This document shows, piece after piece, positions 24,500 to 38,449 of a stretch of DNA of 64,000 nt. Below the pieces are notes generated by a model. That model was not told the origin of the DNA. It saw nothing but the letters and a program-made list of their open reading frames with translations, and did not search any database. Source of the DNA: Malacoraja senta (taxonomy: Eukaryota); assembly GCA_038087875.1 (NCBI GenBank), contig JAXLNO010006153.1, forward strand, positions 1-64,000, read 5' to 3'. Made by a program: the position numbers and the translations under genes. The stretch's first letter is position 1, and each line of letters opens with the position of its first letter.

Positions 24500-27400
24500 G
24501 GCACCAGAACACAGAGAATCGCCTGGCTTCTCTGCCATCTTTGATAAAGTTCCCAGGTGTCATTTCCTTATTTTGAACAGTCACAGACCATGTGACATTT
24601 TGCAAAGGAGACTTTCAAAAGATCCTTTAAACATTTTTTTTGTCCTGCTGGTAATTTCTTGCTGTGATACAGTTTGGAGAAGAATGCTTGTTTTTGAGCT
24701 CTAAGATGAGGCATGTGATCAGGGACTTAGTGCTAAGGATCTCGCCCATCTATCGGAGAGAATTCTCTTGGACGTAGCCAGATGCATAAGAAAGTAAATA
24801 CCCTGGTGTGCTTTCGCAACAGTGTGAAGGGATTAGGTTAGGTTCCTGGTGATATGGATGCCTTGGAACTGTTCATCATCTCTACAGCAACCTCATCGAT
24901 GTGTACAAGGCTGTGAGCACACCCCTTCCCCACCCCACTTCCACAAATCAACAACCAACTCTTCCATCTTGCTGACATTAAGGGCCAGGTTAATGACCCG
25001 ACACCATGTACTTTCCTGTACTTTCCTGTACTTTCTCTTATCATTGTTGTAGATACAGCCACACTGGTATCACAGGCAAATTTACAAGAGATGGCGTTGA
25101 GATAATCTGGTAGAGATGCTTTGTTGCTTGAGATTGCTCCCAGCTTCAGCTTGTAGCCCGTGATGATATCAGACCCAGCCCCTTTAACCTGGCAACCACT
25201 TCATTAAATTGTTTTGGAATTATCTTTTGGCATCGCTGGTAGCCTCGTGCAGATGAAAACGCGGACGACTGAGGTATATTCAATTAGGCGAGATGATGTG
25301 ATCTTGAACATGGTCCAGTCCACCGATTCAAAGAGTCCTGAATTAGAATCTCAGCCTCCACAGACTGTTGCTCTATTACTGTCTTCATGAGGTGACTCGT
25401 GTTTCAGTCATCCTCCATAGGCTAGCAGGAGCAGCACCAACAGATGATCAAACTGGCCAAAATGAGGGCGAGGGATGGTAAGATAGACCTACTTGATGGT
25501 GGCGTAGCAGTTAACATTCTGTGTGGAGCAGGAGCAATGCCGATGTTATTTGGAGAGGACTGCCCTGAAGTTGCCGGTGATGATGGAGAGGACATCAGGG
25601 TTAACAATCGAGCATTATTTCTCCAGTCTCACCTCAGTGTTGGCTTGAAATGGTATGTAGACTGCCAACAAGATTGTATAGATGGAATATCCTTGGTAGA
25701 TAAACGGGATGGCAGGTATTCTAGGTCAGGGGAGCAGAATTGTGCCGAGACTGTCACATTAGTGCACCACAAAGTATTGACCATCCTATATAATAACTAC
25801 TCTTCAATGAGAAGATTGTTAGAGGACATTATTTCAGCAAGAAAGATTGAACAGCATGCTGTGATGATGCAGCGGTGAAGGAACCTACGTCATCAAATGC
25901 TTTTTCTAAATCCGCCAAGGGTGGTGCCTGAACTCTGGAGGGGGCAATGAATATTGTCTGTTGGATTGGTTAGGACGATAGCTTGAAGGTCATACCTTAG
26001 CAGACATGGAATGGCGATGAATTTCCGAGGGGAGTCACATTGGAGAAGGATTCCCCGTGATCCTATGTGTTTGTTGAAATCCAAGACTTTGGCGAGGTTG
26101 AAGGCTGCTATCTTCAATGGTCGGTGCTGACCCTCATCTTCTCCTGGTGTTGAAGATTGGTGGAGATCATGGCCACCGAATCGTTTGATGGATGGAATCT
26201 GCATTGTGACTCTGGGACAAGCTCTTAAGCCATTGGGAGCTGGCAGTCGATCTGGATCATTATGATGGCGTTTCTGGTGGCAGTCAGAGAGCTCAATAAG
26301 ACATCTTTCTGAAAGATGGCTATTAGTGCAGTATTCCTGAGATCCCTTGGCATAGTGTCCTCTTCCCACAGTAGATATAAATTCCTGCCAGTGTTTCACC
26401 TTCATGTTTTAGGACTTCAGCAGGATTCCATTTGTTTCAGGTTCATTCATTTGATACCATTTGCAACTTCTTGCTTGTCCAGGGTAGTGCTGAGAATGTG
26501 ACAGATGATGTGTTGAGTGATGTAGTCAATGACACTTGTGTCCAAAGCATATCTCCTTGACTTGCTTCTTGCAAATATTGACTGCTTCTCTGTTATTGGC
26601 CCTCAGTGACATTGGTCCTTGCGATGGTTTCAACAACTTTAAAGAATCCTCACATGTTGTGACTTTCGGCTCGTTTCTGCCTGTTTTTTTAGGTCATTAG
26701 TTGTATTGTTGGTTCTCAGCCTTTAAACACATGTAGATCCTTTATTTTTTCTTGAGGTGTAATGGCATTTCCAGATAGAGAATGGTTTGTGTTCACAGTT
26801 ACTTAGCTTCTGGAGCTCCTGGGCATTCTCATCTCATTAGTCCCGTTCCCAAGGATCTCACTACAAAAATTCTATTCAATCAGCACCTCACATAAAATTG
26901 GTTGTCTCACCATCAATATGAGTCACAGAGGGTCTGTCCCACTTAGGCGGTTTTTTAGGCGACTGCCGGCGACAGTCACAGTCGTAGCGGGACGCCGAAA
27001 TGGACCCACCCTACGACAATGTCTAAGACAAGCTACCACCTAGTCGACGTCAAGCTATGACAAGCTACGTCAACAGGCGACACAATTCCTTGCGACTTGG
27101 GATGTCCACCTACGACGACCTACGACAACCTTCAACCACACAGGTGACAACCTACGACAACCGAAGTCAACATACTCCACCCGCAACAAGCTATGACAAG
27201 CTACGACCCTGTCGGCAACAAATAAAGACAACTGAAGACTTCTCTTGATGCCGGTACTGTCGCCAGTTGACATAGGATGACGTAGGTTGTTGCCAATGGA
27301 ATTGACCGAGGTCATCACCTGGCGACAACCAACGTCACCTGGCGTCATCCTGGTGACAACTTACGACAACCTATGATAGCACCTACGACAGGAGAAGACA

Positions 27401-27610
27401 GGCAACGTCAAGCCCACTGTCACCGAAAGGGTTTGAACATTTCAAAATCCAGCAGCGACAAGAAAAAAGTTACGAGACTTGAGGAGACAACTCATGACAA
27501 TACAGGTGTCACCCCGTGACCATGTGGCGACAGCCTATTTTACGTCTGTCACCGAAAAAATCGCCTAAGTGGTGCAGGCCCTTTAGTGCCCTGTTCACCA
27601 TGACTGAACC
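24500..27610 (-). mobile_element. Decayed RTE-clade LINE interrupted by a Rex1/Babar-like piece (~24840-25880) and a MITE
   Basis: RT-motif remnant QHRPLKIAAFNLAKV (compare EQHQPLY.AF.DL.KAFD); C-terminal GQKK.FKD.LK-like remnant near 24600-24710; FESVDWTMFK remnant near 25300-25335 in the insert. Confidence 0.65.
26929..27582. mobile_element. PIF/Harbinger-like MITE with internal CTACGAC-type repeats
   Basis: agggtctgtcccacttaggcg ... cgcctaagtggtgcaggccct|tta. Confidence 0.85.
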
Positions 27611-27629
27611 ATAGCAAAGACCAGTGAGT

Positions 27630-27812
27630 AAAACACAAAGCATTCAGTAGATCAGGCAGCATTTCTGAAGATGATGTCCTGACCTGAATGGATCAGGACC
27701 CTAATTGAAACATTGAGTGACCATTCCCTCCAGAGATGCTGCCTGACTCCCTGAGTTACTCTAGCACTTTGTGTTTTACTCAAGATTCCAGCATCTGCAG
27801 TTCCATGTGTCT
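27630..27812 (+). mobile_element. Diverged palindromic Penelope module
   Basis: tcaggcagcatttctg is inverted against cagagatgctgcctga; tail ccagcatctgcagttcc. Confidence 0.7.
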
Positions 27813-28459
27813 TCCTACAAAAACTTGTCTTTTCCACCAGAATTGGCTGCCCATAGGATTTTACCAGTAAGAAAACATTAAATTGTTAAAGATACGAAAC
27901 AATGCTTATTGATTTTACTGCTTCCACAATATTTCCAAATTGAAACTGTGAAAGATGCTGATAGATTGTATTTATCACTTCCAATCAAAATTTGTGGGAA
28001 AGATAACTTTTCTTCACAGGATAAATGGTCTTTCTAAATTTGTAAATAAATTAAAGCACAGTTATAGCTTCATCATGAAGTGTGTCTTTTGAGTTGCTTC
28101 AGTAGAAGGCTTGGGACTTTAATAACATAAATATTCCACTTGCCAATGAATTGATCTCGTAGATTTGAAAACACACACAAAATTTGTTAACCAACTGCAA
28201 GGCAGTAAAACAGCTCAAAACTGGAAGTTTAAAAATTCCTTCCAGCATCATGCCCACACACTCAGGTTTCCACTTGAGACCAGAGATTCCATTACATCTA
28301 TTATACATCAGTGAATTATATATTTGAAGAATTTCAAAATAAATTGTGCTGCTCAAAGCTCAACTGAGACCTTTGTACCAGAACATAAACGTATTTTCCA
28401 CTTTGTAGAGTTAATTTTTTTCTGGTGAACTCAGATTGGCTGGACTCAGTAAGTCAGCT

Positions 28460-28812
28460 TCAACTCAGCTCAATTGGTAGCACCTTTCCATTCCAGAGAC
28501 GTGAATGCGCAGAATATCTCACGACAAGGTTTACCCCTATTGGTAGCACCATCAGTTGAGGCAGTAAACGCAGGGCTTGCCTGCTCTCTCAGGTGAATAT
28601 ATGATGGCACTGTAGCACTATTCTGAAGAAGGCTTAGGAATTTAACCTGATTGTCCTGGTAATATTTATCAATAACATTATTGTCTGTTAATACACATTG
28701 GGAACATGCTGTGTGCAAATTGACTGTGCGTTTCCCACCTAACACCAGAAACTACACTTTCCTTGCTGTGCAATGCTTTCTGATTTTTAGGGCACTCTAT
28801 TGATACAAGATT
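28460..28812 (+). mobile_element. Old Deu-domain SINE (SacSINE1/AmnSINE1-like)
   Basis: ctctcaggtg...gcactatt-tgaagaag...gtcctggtaatatttatc...gctgtgtgcaaattgactg matches the Deu-domain consensus as recalled. Confidence 0.65.
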
Positions 28813-30359
28813 GTTTTTCCTGCTTTGATTTTATCTGAATGGATACCAGAACTAAAAGATCAATATGGTTTTATCTTGAAGCAGGAGTCCAGAATTAATT
28901 TGCTACAAATCCAACTGAGGTTTTACTTGCACACAGAGCTCTAAAAAGGTGAAACAATTCATTATTTTCCACTGAGACAGTTTTATTTGCAAAATGTATT
29001 TTCACACATAGTTGTGACAATTTAAATTGATTTCAATAACTGGACTATTCAGAAATTTGTCTCTGCTCTCAGCTGATAACTGATACATGCAGGCTTTTCT
29101 CTTAGTCTAGGAGGACATAACACATTAGTTTAATGACATATTAGAAGACTTTGGACCATCCCATTGTCTCATGCCAAGTGGAACCATGAAAAGTACAGCA
29201 AGGAAACAGGCCCTTTGGCCCACCGAGACTGTGCTGACCATCAATCATAGGATAACAGTGGTGGGGTCTTCCAGCTGGCTTATCTCACCTTACCCAGTGC
29301 TGGCATCGCCCCTTTCTCATCTGTTTTTCGACGTCTTTTAGTATTTGTCCAACTTTTTTTCTGAATTCTGTATGTGGATAGATTAAATAGTTAGTGGTAA
29401 TGCTCCAGTATCTAAACATTCCCTTTCCACTTATATCTTCAATGTTAATACAATGCTCTCCATATTAACCCCCCAACTCTCCAACCCATCGATAGCTGGG
29501 AGAAGACCAGCAGAAGGGGTTAGAATTGTCATCCCACCTGAGTGGTCCAGTTTAAAAAGGTACAATTTAGGACACTGATGAGTTGCTTGAAGTAAATGCA
29601 GCATGGAAATAGTAAGCTATCCAAAGTTGCTACGTTTTGATATGATCAATGCCACTACTTAAATTCAACAAAAAATGAGGCGATACCTGACATTGCAAGA
29701 TTCCTTGCTGAACCAAGGCAAAGGCTACTCATTCCTTCTGGTAGATAATCCTCTATTAAAAAGGGCCAGGAGTATTTATTTCACACTCCTCAAGAATGCC
29801 TTTGGCCTTCCCCACTCTCCACAGGGACATGCTCCCGACTACCAACAACCTCTCCCCACTCTATTACCAAATTAACCCAGAGACGTGTCATTAAAATGCT
29901 GTCAAAACTCCAATCACTTATATTTGAAACAGGGCCTAACATTCTAGTCTTCGGCAAATATGAACTCTTGTCTTTCAAATTTTCCAAGATATTTGTATCT
30001 TCCCATTCTGAGTGAGATGATGGTGATGGGGACATTAAGAATAATGTGTCCAATTTAATGTGCCCAAAGAACACCATCCTATAAAAATAAGTGTAGCTTC
30101 CTCTCGGCTATCCCTCTGTCCTTACAATCACTACAAACATTGTGGGTCTAAAAAACTTTGAAATATGTTATGTTTTCTCCTGTGTAAGTCAACAGGGCCC
30201 TTTGCAGACAGTACTAACGTGATCTGTGCAACAGCTTTCTGATAATGCATCTTGGTTTCGGAAATGCTTATGGAAAATATGTTTCACAATACAGTAAATA
30301 ACTCAATTTGATATACTATGACAGTAAGTAATCATAGAGATCTGTCTTGGTAACACGTA

Positions 30360-30452
30360 CATAGACACAAAAAGCTGGAGTAACTCAGCGGGTCAGACAG
30401 CATCTCTTGAGAAAAGGAATAGGTAACGTTTCGAGTCGAGACCCTTCTTCAG
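30360..30452 (-). mobile_element. 93-nt stand-alone Penelope terminal module
   Basis: 7-bp TSD acacgta (30353-30359 and 30453-30459); core CTGAAGAAGGGTCTCGACTCGAAACGTTA on the minus strand. Confidence 0.87.
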
Positions 30453-30492
30453 ACACGTATGTCAGGCATTGGCTGCATTCTTATTTCTTCAT

Positions 30493-30814
30493 GGAGCGGC
30501 ACAGTGGCGCAGCGGTAGTTGTTGCCTTACAGCACTTGCAGTGCTGGAGACCCGGGTTCGATCCTGACTACGGGTGCAGTCTGTATGGAGTTTGTGCGTT
30601 CTCCCCGTGACCACGTGCGTTTTCTCTGAGATCTTCGTTTTCCTCCCACACTCCAAAGACGCACAGGTTTGTAGGTTAATTGGCTTGGTATAAGTGTAAA
30701 TTGTCCCCAATGTGTGTAGGATAGTGTTAATGTGCGAGGGAGGATCACTGGTCGGTGTGGACTCGGTAGACCAAAGGGCCTGTTTCTGCACTGTATCTCT
30801 AAACAAAACTAAAC
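30493..30814 (+). mobile_element. HE1-type (V-SINE) tRNA-derived SINE, full length
   Basis: A box TGGCGCAGCGG; B box GGTTCGATCC (30555-30564); V-domain-like ...tttcctcccacactccaaagac; CR1-type tail ctgtatctctaaac. Confidence 0.88.
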
Positions 30815-32414
30815 AGTATTAGAAAGCAGTTCAGACTATCCACTATTCATGACTGGAGAAAGGACATGAAGAAAGGCAGGTGAGAACCGACAAGGAAAAG
30901 CTGCTGCTAAAATATCCTAACAATGAGGCAGTTATCAATAGCTTGCCATTTTTAAGAAAAGCTGACTTTGATTTCAAAGCAAGATCTGGAAAGCAGTCAA
31001 GAATTTACTATAATGTTTAATTTTGTTTGCATAAGTTGTATTATCGGTAGATCCATAATGTTTTTGGTTATTAACATATCACTGTTTAAATCTATCCACA
31101 GCATCAGTATTGGGTTCTGATGTACAGCTGGAGACTAATTGTAAAAAACAATTGAGTTATATTAGTGGTATACATTCATGCTGTTATCAGCCTACATGCT
31201 GGGTGTTGTGATCTCAGCCTTTACTGGATGTTATTAAGAAAAATATTTTTATACCTCAGAACTTTAGCAGTTATTTCAGTCATACATTTTTCCTTCAGAA
31301 TACACCATATTCATGTTAAAAAAAACATGCAATGATTAAGTGCTATTTTCAACACCCAGAACATATTTTGCTGCTCAATTCAATGTACATTGGCTACAAA
31401 TGTGATAATGCGACCCTGCTTTCTTTCATCTTGACATAATCATAAGTCAATTTCACCAGGAGTGAAATGCCATTATGAACATTTGTGACACATTTTACTT
31501 CATGCTGGAATTTCCACATCGCACTTCCAGAAGTAATTTACATTTGCAGGGATGACATGAACCTAATGATGCTAATGCCTTTTTTCAGGAATGCAAGGTG
31601 AAATTCAGACATGCATTTCCATAGTTCCTCTATCACTATTCATACACAAACCACCTCGGTGGTTACACTGTTCTTTGTTCTGCAGCTAAGTTATTTAAAG
31701 GGTCACTCACACTCCCACTTGCAACTCCTACACTCTTCTTCACAACACTCTGGAGGCTGCCTGCTCATGGCCAAATGTGTTTTCAATCATCACTGATGTT
31801 TCTTTTGACCTGCACTGCTGTTTCAGGACATGGTACTTAGGTGGATGCATGGTGCTTCCATGGGTGTTGGTAGATAACTTGGAAGAGGAACACGGACACA
31901 GTCACGTCCGGAGTCCCAGTGCAGGAAGTGGTTATTATTGAGGCACCCATTGCTGAGGCCATGGCCTGATGGCAGAGGCACTAAAGAGCTCAGTGGGAAA
32001 CCCACAGCGGTACACTCACAGCATCTGTGTGAATTAATGTTCCTTACCCAATCACTCTGTGAAGAAGTGTTCACCAAGACGCCAGCACGGAGGGTCATGT
32101 CCGTTGCAGTCCAAGCTCTATCCTTGCACCCATGCTTAGACTTTTCAAAGTCATGGTTACGGTCACATTTACCTTTCCAACCTCAGGATGGTTACAAGCG
32201 GAAAACTCTACCTGGTTATCTTGTCAGGACTTGTCAAGTAGACCACCAATTGTTTAGATGTACGAAGTGCAAAAGGTTTCAGTCCATTCACCAACATCTG
32301 CCATTGCAATACACATTCTTCAGTTAATAAGTGGCGGTTTTGGCCTCATCTCAAAACAGTCAACTGCATTCTTCCATTCTCCCCCAGCAGAGCACTCTGA
32401 CATAAGCAAATGAA

Positions 32415-32731
32415 GTGAGGCCCAGCGCAAATTGGAGGAACAGCACTTCATATTTTGCTTGGGTAGTTTACACCCCAGCGGTATGAACATTGACTTCTCT
32501 AACTTCAGGTAGCCCTTGCTCTCTCTCTCTCTCTCTCTCTTCATCCCCCCCCCCCCCACCCCGGTTCCCAGTTCTCCCACTGGTCCCACTGTCTCCTCTT
32601 ACATTCTTTCTTTGTCCTACCCCCTCCCCTGACATCAGTGTGAAGAAGGGTCTCGAGCCGAAACGTCGCCAATTCCTTCTCTCCATAGATGCTGCCTCAC
32701 CCGCTGAGTCTCTCCAGCATTTTGTGTCTGC
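32415..32731 (+). mobile_element. Penelope-like 3' fragment with terminal module
   Basis: Same 3' sequence as 7263-8114; near-TSD cataagcaa(a)tgaa on both sides. Confidence 0.88.
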
Positions 32732-33294
32732 CATAAGCAATGAAAGGTATTTGTTAAATTGTGGAAGCACTCGTTAGTTTATCCAGTGGGTATTCTCTGG
32801 CTGAAGGCTGAAAAACAGCCAGCATACAGTCCGAGACACAAGCACTGCAAAAATATACCAACTCTGTTATTTGGCTCAATAACGTGAAACACTGATCATT
32901 CTCCCTGTGATAGCTTTCTTAGAATACCAGTCAAGATTCAATTCAGCCTGGGTAGATCACACCTACTGTTTTTAATATCACTCTTCAGAAAAGGTCAAAC
33001 AATTCACAACAAATGGCTCCAACCATTAATCAGTCTGCAGATTGCAATCAGTTGAGATTCTTTAAAAAATCTTCCAATGCATTGTCAAGATCAATTTCTT
33101 TAATAAACTAACAGCCAAAAAATGCCCAGCACACAGTTCAGATCTAGATATTGTTCATTTCAATGAGGGAGGAAGCACAGTAGATGAGGCGATAGATAAC
33201 TGCATTGCATGGAGATTACAAACCTGCTAGGCTGCACCAGAGGCAATGGACTTGGCTGCTCCACTGTCGTTCGAGAGTTTAGAAGTTAGTTCCA

Positions 33295-33595
33295 TTTCGA
33301 GATATAGCATGGAAACAGGCCTTTCAATCCACCAAGTCCCTGCCGACCTGCGGTCCCTGCTCACTAACACTATCCTACACACACTAAGGACATCTTACAT
33401 TCATACCGAGCCAATTAGCTGACAAAACTGTACATCTTTGGTGTGGGGGAGGAAACTGGAGCTTCCTGGAGAAACTTCAATCATGTCACGGGTAGAACGT
33501 ACAAACCCCATGCAGACAGCACCCATAGTCAGTATCGAACCCAGGTCTCTGGCGCTGTAAGACAACAACTCTATCGCTGCGCCCTCGTGCCGCCC
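33295..33595 (-). mobile_element. HE1-type SINE
   Basis: Reverse-complement homologue of 30493-30814. Confidence 0.85.
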
Positions 33596-33744
33596 ATGGA
33601 CACTTTCCTCCAAACCAGTCAGTATGGTAAAACAAGAGATATTGAGCAAGTGAGTGCGACAGCAAGCACAAGAGCAAGAGAATATTTTTGGCCTGTGCGC
33701 GAGCCTTACTCCAAGTCTCCCTCCAAGTGCAATGCAATGACTTG

Positions 33745-34065
33745 ACTAGTAGAGGTGCTCCCTCACAGCTCCAGTCACCTTCATTTAATTCTGATCTCTG
33801 GTGCTGTCTGTGTGGAGTTTACACGTGGACTTCCTCCAAGTGCTCAGGTATCCTCCCATGTGACAAAGATGCAGATGGCTCAGTTAACTCTCCACTGTAA
33901 ATTGTCCCTACTCCCTATATAAGTAATAGAATATGGGGGGTAATTAAGTAGGATTACCTCCATATTCTATATACCTCCATAAACAAATCTTATAAAAATG
34001 GGTGCTCCCTAGTTGGCATAAACCCAATTGGACAAACGGGTCTGATTTTATGCTGTACGTCTCTG
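33745..34065 (+). mobile_element. Decayed HE1-type SINE
   Basis: gtgctgtctgtgtggagttt...ctgtaaattgtccct. Confidence 0.65.
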
Positions 34066-36420
34066 AAGGCTTTTAAAGGCTGGAACTCCAAGGTCCAAAC
34101 TTCACTCCAAACATTCAGCAGGTAACATTAGGGCCCACCATTTTTCATTTATAATGTGCCCGTACAATTATTTAAGGATAGCAATTAAAGATCACAATCC
34201 TTTGACAATTTGTTTTAATCACTGCTTTAACTATTTAAACACTCAATTTGAACTAAATTAATTTCCAGGCTTTATTTCCTTTTCCTTGATTTTTTCTTTG
34301 TTTTAAAGAACAAAGAATTGCGCCAGCTTCCTTGAGGAAAAATCGAACATTTTAACTGAATTATGATTAATTTCATATGGTGTAGAGGAACTCAAAAAGT
34401 TTAAAACCAGTACATTTTTTAAAAAATATAACACTGCTGGCTAAATGAGTAAATGTTGTTTGTTTGCATTTCCAGGATCACTGGCTTTCCGTTGCCAAAT
34501 TGGAAAGCAAGGAGGAAGTTAGCTACGTGCAAAGCAAAGATAAAATTATAGTTACAAGCTTATGGATGATGTGGCAGACATTCACTTTAAACTCTTGTAG
34601 CCCTTTGATAACAGTCTTCCCAGAATGGAAGCAGGTTTTAGCAAAATAAAATCCACCATTTTGGCCAAGCCATAATGAAAGATTGGCAGTATGTACCTAC
34701 GTCAGGGCAGTAAGGTGGGGTAAAACACTATCCCTATAAATTATGGATTACTTAAATCTAAGTATATCTATATGCTACAAGGCAGATTAAACTGATTTAT
34801 AAAACAAACTATCATCACCATTATGCTCAGTTCCCAATCAATTTAAAGGTGATTTTTACAAATGGCTTTGGTTCAGTTCAGTTCAGTTTATTGTCACGTG
34901 TACCGAGGTACAGTGAAAAGCTTTTGTTGGTTTTTGGTAGCATCACGGTTTTGTGTATTTCCAAATCCCCTAGTTTATTATCTAAAAATTCTAACATGGC
35001 AGTAAAGGGCACTTGCATTCAGCCAATTAAAGTAAAACAAGAATAACTAACAGATATTGGCAAAAGTCATAATGAAGTCAGCATTTTAACAAAATAACCA
35101 TGAAGCAAAGAAATCTGTTACCACCCTGACTCTGAAACAACAACGCTGCCCTGGGAAACAACCTAACTTACTGAGATGGCCAAAACCACAGTAAACATGT
35201 ATAATAAGACCAGGCAGCACAGTCTAGCTATTAGTTTCAGGCACACAAAACATATTGCCAGCCTCGTCAATCCTGCAGAGATTTCCTTGCTAACACCAGA
35301 AGACGTGCCAAACTTGTGGGAGCTATCCCACAGGACAAGTCAAGTCTGTTACAGTCAGTCATACTTGCAGATGCATGTCGACAAGCCACGCCCCAGACTC
35401 CTCCATTACTAGTATTTCTTTTCCCACAAGAGGGGCAGGGGGGAGGAAGCGCCCGTCCAAAGCAGCCAACCACCACCCAACATTTCATGTTGATTGATGG
35501 CAGGTCTTGTTTAAAGGACCAGTCAGTGACACTTATTCGACAATAACATGCTTATAAGGGTCAGTTTGAGTTCAGCCAGGACTACATTGGTGCAGACTTG
35601 ATCAAATATGAATGCAAAACCATTCCAGAGGTGAGGTAACATGAGCAGCAGAACAGAAAATGTTTTTTTAAATGTGGATGTTTATAACATATTCAATGCC
35701 ATCTTGAATTACTTTCATTAAATATTTGTTTATGTAAAATCTAAACAGTATTTACTTTATTTGTATCTATGTACAGAAACATGGAATAGGAGATCTCAAA
35801 GTGTCAAACAGATGAAAAATAACTGGGTTAGGATGCTCATTATTAGAGATATTATGAGAGCGTTCCATTTGCCAAATAGCTTTATGGCCTTGCTAATGGA
35901 TAGTTTTGGTTCAGGAAAATAGTACTTGAAGCTTATCTGTCATGATGGATCTTTGATTAACCTACTTCAGTCAGACTCACCTTGGGGAAAACACTGTCAA
36001 TAGACACATTGTCTGGACTATACTGGCATTTCAAACAGTTGTCTTTTTTTAATGCTAACCCACAGCCACTCTATACCTGGGCAGCCAGAAAAGCAAACTG
36101 TTCTATGGCTATTCCATGTCTTGTTCTTGTTCCTACCATTTCAACGTGTGAACCCTTCTAACGCTTATTTCTAAGGGAAAATAAATTTCTATACTGCACC
36201 GAAGTCAACAATACTCTCATGATAATATTTTGATTTTGATGGAATTATGTTTTTTGAGAATTGCTTAAAAAGGATAAAAGTCCTACTCCTATTCATATTT
36301 CTTGTTCTTTATGTTCTTTCAGGCAAATGGGCAATTTCAATAAAGGAAACTGGTCACCTCTAAATGACAATGGACAGCAATACCATAAAATCTAGTCTAG
36401 CAATATTAACATTCTGGGGG

Positions 36421-36502
36421 ATAGACACAAAAAGCTGAGTTACTCCAGCTTTTTGTGCATATCTTCGGTTTTAACCAGCATCTGCAGTTCCTTCTTACAC
36501 AC
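36421..36502 (+). mobile_element. Collapsed palindromic Penelope module inserted in a LINE relic
   Basis: atagacacaaaaagctg fused to agttactccagctttttgtg; ~13-bp TSD aacattctg(g/t)ggg. Confidence 0.8.
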
Positions 36503-37169
36503 AACATTCTGTGGGCCATCATTAAGCACGGTATTAACTGGGCCAATCAGATAAATATAGTGGTTACAAGAGCAGGTCAGAGGCTGAACATTCTGCAACA
36601 ATTGGCTCATCTCCTAGCTTTCCACCATTTACAAGACAGAAGTGGCAAAGAATACTCACTGTTCATCTGGATGAGTACAGCTCTAACAGCACTCAAGATA
36701 ATTGATATTATCCAAAACAACCCAGTCCACTTCTCTGGCACCAGATCCACCATCCGAAATATTCATTTCCTTCACCATGGCTACAGTGTTTACCAGCTAC
36801 AAGAAGTAATGCAGCAACTCATCAACGGCAGCCCGCAAACCAGACAACTCTCCCATGAAGCAGGAGCGTGGAAATTCCATCACCTACAACCCACACACCA
36901 TTCTGCCTTGGAACTATGTTGCTGTTCTTCCACTGTCACTTAGTCTAAATCAGTGGCGCACAGCCTTTTTTTAAACTGGGAAGACCAGATTTCCAATCCA
37001 CACCAGTTCCAAGAGCCACTCGAGTGCAATACAATTTATTGTATCCAAGCTATTCAGAAAAGTACATAAAACCTAAGTGCTTCTTTTTAAAGAAAAACCA
37101 GCTCCATCACCTGAGGGAAAACATTTTCCAAGTCAGGAAACTATCCATATTTTCTCGATGTCCACACTC

Positions 37170-38290
37170 AATAAACAAAGAACAGCACAGCACAGGATCA
37201 GACCCTTTGGCCCAAATGTCTGTCTCTTGCATGGTGCAAACTTAAGCTAACCCCTTATGTGCACAGTGCCTATCTAAAAGTCTCTTAAACACCACTATCA
37301 TACCTCCATTCACCAACACCCCTAGCAGTGTGTTCCAGGCATGCACAACCCTCTGTGTAAACATTTTACCCATCTCACCTTAAACCTATGCCCTCTAGTT
37401 CTTTGACATTTACACCCTGGGAAAAAGCTTCTGACTCTCCACCCTATCTATGCCCTTCATAATTTTATAAACTTCTATCAGGTCTCCCCTCAGCTTCCGA
37501 TGCTCCACAGAAAGCAATTCAAGTTTGTCAAAGTAAAACACAAAGTGGTGGAGTAACTCACCGGGTCAGGCAGCATCTCTGGAGAACATGGATGGATAAT
37601 TTTTCGGGTCTGGACCAGAAGATGCTGCCTGACTCACTGAGTTACTTAAAAACTTTTTGTCTTTTTTTTTTTTTAAACCTGCACCTGCAATTCCTTGTTT
37701 CTCCAGGTTGGCCAACCTTTCTTTACAGCTAATAATCCACAAAACATCCTGCTAAATCTCGCTTGCTCCCTCTCCAAAGTCTCCACATCCTTCCTATAAT
37801 GGGGTGGCCAGAACTGAACACAATACTCCAAATTGGCCTAACTAAAGTTTTTATAAAGTGCTTCATGATTTTCTGACTCTTACACTGAATGCCCCGATGA
37901 ATGAAGACAAGTGTATGATAGGCCTTCTTTGTCACTATCTATTTGTGTTGGGACTTTTGAGGAGCTAGGAACCAAGAACATCAATGCTCATGTACCTATC
38001 ATTAAGTGTATCCTTGCCCTGACATTTAATGACCCAAAGTGCAACACCGTACACTTGCCTGGATTAAATTCCATCTGCCAGTTTTACACCCACATTTATA
38101 ACTGATATAAATTGATAGTCTGGGACGTCACCAATTTTGTCGTCATCTGCAAACTTACAAACTAACTACATTTTTATCCAAGTCATTGATATACTTCACA
38201 ATCAACAGAAATACCAGTTCTGATCCCTGTGAAACACCAATGGAATCCATCCTAGAGCCAGAAAATTACACTTCCATCACAACCCTCTGT
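37170..38290 (-). mobile_element. CR1 LINE 3' fragment
   Basis: KKAYHTLVFIHRGIQCKS...KTLVRP remnants on the minus strand. Confidence 0.8.
37533..37705 (+). mobile_element. Palindromic Penelope module inserted in a CR1
   Basis: ggagtaactcaccgggtcaggcagcatct is inverted against agatgctgcctgactcactgagttact. Confidence 0.8.
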
Positions 38291-38449
38291 CTTCAAGAAG
38301 GACCCGTTGTCCTTCAACTTTATGCACCCAATCTTGTCTTCAATGAGAGCATGACCTGGAAAGATGACCAAAGCAGGGGGGAAGGCAGTTCAAAAACTCT
38401 TTAAGCCAAATTTGTCTGCACCAACTCAATAAATTGTTCAGCAAATGTT

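Noticed and set aside
30493-30570. tRNA gene
   Set aside because: The A and B boxes belong to the head of an HE1-type SINE; there is no full cloverleaf, and it continues into the SINE body.
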